Below are positions 33,699 through 35,494 of a DNA stretch of 35,494 nucleotides, piece after piece; position 1 is the stretch's first letter; the number at the start of each line of letters is the position of its first letter. A model generated the notes under the pieces. That model saw only the letters and a program-made list of their open reading frames with translations. It had not been told where the DNA came from and did not search any database. The DNA comes from Ilumatobacteraceae bacterium. Lineage in GTDB: Bacteria > Actinomycetota > Acidimicrobiia > Acidimicrobiales > Ilumatobacteraceae. Position numbers and translations under genes: made by a program. The stretch covers positions 1 to 35,494 of the forward strand of contig JANMMQ010000056.1 in the NCBI GenBank assembly GCA_031373465.1, given 5' to 3'.

Positions 33699-34489
33699 CG
33701 GCTGCCTTCCAAGCGATCGCTGTGCGCGGAGCCTCAGGGCCTGTGGTCACGCTGCAAGCGGGGGTCGACTTTGCAGGATATTTTTGGACGACTACGTCGC
33801 GCAGGGCAGCCAAGGTGAAAGCGCTGCGCCGCGATCCTGTCGCATCGGTTCTTTCTCGCAACAGAGATTCGTGGAGCCTGCGCGCCGGGCCAGCCGTCAT
33901 TCTCGATCCGGCTCATCCGTCCGAGGCCATACGTCAACAGCCGGCCTTTGCTCTGGCGGGCACGGCGTTGGCGTTGATGGCCGTCCGGTATCCCGATCAG
34001 ATATTGGGCTATGTCGTCGACGGCGCGACGACCCCTGCGGCATGGCGCCCTCATAATCGGGTGCTGGTGGCGATGCGTCACGAAGACGAGATCTCGTGGA
34101 CCGACGATGGGGTGATCACCAAACAAACGCCTCGATTCAGCAGCGTCGTACACGAGGGCGAATCATCGCCGGTTGACCTCGACGACGGCTGTTGGCTCGG
34201 GATCGACAGCGATGCCGGGCCCCTCGTTGTGCCGGGCGAATGGAACTCCGCCCGGTCGTCTGTCCGCGTGCCTGCTGTCGTACTCGCGGCGCTGCGACCG
34301 CGCCTGCCCGGCCCGGTCTGCATCACGATCGACGACAGCACCTCGCACCGCCCGTCCGACAAGACCGGGATCATCGCCCGTGGTCAAGCGTCGGCATACC
34401 GCGTGCGCGCGGGGGTCGCGTCCATCGGCGTGGACGTCGAGTCCATCACGACATGGAGCGGCTTCCGCTCGACGGTCGCAGCCGCCTGA
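33695..34489 (+). CDS. Hypothetical protein (possibly a split-barrel / PPOX-like fold)
   Basis: There is an ATGA overlap with the upstream stop, and the 264-aa frame looks coding. The weak resemblance ...RRAAKVKALRRDPVASVL... is the only hint of a family. Confidence 0.45.
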   Translation: MTAAFQAIAVRGASGPVVTLQAGVDFAGYFWTTTSRRAAKVKALRRDPVASVLSRNRDSWSLRAGPAVILDPAHPSEAIRQQPAFALAGTALALMAVRYPDQILGYVVDGATTPAAWRPHNRVLVAMRHEDEISWTDDGVITKQTPRFSSVVHEGESSPVDLDDGCWLGIDSDAGPLVVPGEWNSARSSVRVPAVVLAALRPRLPGPVCITIDDSTSHRPSDKTGIIARGQASAYRVRAGVASIGVDVESITTWSGFRSTVAAA

Positions 34490-34505
34490 TCGCCCGGACG
34501 AGGCG

Positions 34506-34784
<279 letters not shown>

Positions 34785-34786
34785 GC

Positions 34787-34817
34787 ATTTCAAACCCTGT
34801 AGTGAGTGTAGAGTCAA
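34787..34817 (-). promoter_or_regulatory. MerR-family (PbrR/CadR-type) operator-promoter: TTGACT - 19 nt - TGAAAT, reading leftwards
   Basis: The minus strand reads TTGACTCTACACTCACTACAGGGTTTGAAAT. It has the long 19-nt spacer characteristic of MerR-activated promoters. By my recollection it matches the PbrR operator TTGACTCTATAGTAACTAGAGGGTGTTAAAT at about 25 of 31 positions. The dyad is imperfect. It lies 40 nt upstream of the divergent MerR start. Confidence 0.55.
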
Positions 34818-34856
34818 GCGCTCATCAAGGCGGCCACCACGACAGGACGGAAAGCC

Positions 34857-35315
34857 ATGCGCATCGGCGAACTGGCCCAGGCCAGCGCAACGACCATCGA
34901 GACCATCCGCTTCTATGAGCGCGAGGGTTTGCTGGCGTCGCCCGCACGAACCGAGGGCAATTACCGGATCTACACGGCAGCCCATGCCGACCGGCTCGGC
35001 CTCATCCGCCAATGTCGCAATCTGGACATGACTCTGGACGAAGTGCGCGTGCTGCTGCGCTTCAAGGACCAGCCGCAAGCCGACTGCGGCCAGGTCAACG
35101 ACCTGCTCGACCAGCACATCGGGCATGTGGCGCAGCGCATCCGCGAGCTGCGTGCGCTTGAAGGAGAACTGCGCACGCTGCGCCGGCAGTGCACGGCGCC
35201 GCATGCGGTTGCGGATTGCGGAATCCTGCAAGGCATCGAGGACGCGGCGGGACAGGGGGGCAACGGCGTGGGGCATCAGGGTCTCACGGCACGAACACGA
35301 ACTCTTTCACGTTGA
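34857..35315 (+). CDS. Heavy-metal-responsive MerR-family regulator (CadR/PbrR/ZntR-like)
   Basis: The product begins MRIGELAQASATTIETIRFYEREGLLASPARTEGNYRIYTAAHADRLGLIRQCRNLDMTLDEVRVLL. The metal-site Cys pattern is ...QADCGQV... and ...RRQCTAPHAVADCGIL. GGACGGAAAG lies upstream of the ATG. Confidence 0.85.
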   Translation: MRIGELAQASATTIETIRFYEREGLLASPARTEGNYRIYTAAHADRLGLIRQCRNLDMTLDEVRVLLRFKDQPQADCGQVNDLLDQHIGHVAQRIRELRALEGELRTLRRQCTAPHAVADCGILQGIEDAAGQGGNGVGHQGLTARTRTLSR

Positions 35316-35494
35316 ACACCGCATGGGCCAGGGCCGCCCACGCCGCCGGGTCGCGGTCCCGGCCGGCGACGAACCCGCGACACACCTCGACCTCATCCGG
35401 TATCGGCGGCCGGCCGAGCGCCCCCCGGTACAAATGTCCGATCCGGTCGCCGACGGCGGCCGCCAGCCTCATACCCCACGCCTCGGCCTGATGA
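35284..35494 (-). CDS. C-terminal end of a protein continuing beyond the right edge (tail resembles DUF1553/PSD1-type C-termini)
   Basis: The minus frame is open from the window edge: ...HQAEAWGMRLAAAVGDRIGHLYRGALGRPPIPDEVEVCRGFVAGRDRDPAAWAALAHAVFNVKEFVFVP*. The family assignment rests on pattern recall only. Confidence 0.35.
   Translation of the reverse strand, partial: HQAEAWGMRLAAAVGDRIGHLYRGALGRPPIPDEVEVCRGFVAGRDRDPAAWAALAHAVFNVKEFVFVP

Overview
This is a high-G+C, gene-dense chromosomal segment with about 30 coding regions. I saw no rRNA, tRNA, CRISPR array or transposase. The gene content (F420-type LLM oxidoreductase, Ku/LigD, trypsin-like lipoprotein protease, DUF11 repeats, LPXTG remnant) suggests an actinobacterial-type host, but that is inference only.

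The most unusual part is the left third (1..12096, minus strand). A roughly 2,500-aa secreted protein combines prealbumin-like, IPT/TIG, right-handed beta-helix and DUF11 repeats. It is translationally coupled through an ATGA overlap to three tandem cupredoxin / multicopper-oxidase (MCO)-like genes.

The copper-ligand motifs are split between the paralogs. One gene carries a type-1-like site plus four cluster His in its N-terminal domain only. The next carries two His-x-His motifs without Cys in its C-terminal domain only. The third has no ligands and is missing from the ORF track because it runs off the left edge. I read this as a possible heteromeric 'split' multicopper oxidase attached to a giant extracellular scaffold.

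The remaining genes are:
- an LLM oxidoreductase
- a membrane desaturase-like oxygenase with a MocE-like Rieske ferredoxin
- a trypsin-like protease
- a three-subunit xanthine-dehydrogenase-family molybdoenzyme
- a GH36 alpha-galactosidase
- a stand-alone family-A DNA polymerase-like gene
- a ferritin-like gene
- a VOC::(R)-amine-transaminase-like fusion followed by two dehydrogenases
- a USP-Ku-LigD (phosphoesterase+polymerase, no ligase domain) operon
- an orphan STAS gene beside a decayed PP2C phosphatase and an N-terminally truncated SBBP-repeat protein
- CPBP, SRPBCC and hypothetical genes

At the right edge, a CadR/PbrR-like MerR regulator has a PbrR-like operator/promoter. That promoter points into a headless LPXTG-anchor fragment containing a perfect (GGTCGT)x6 repeat.

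All calls come from reading the translations and DNA by eye. No database search was run.
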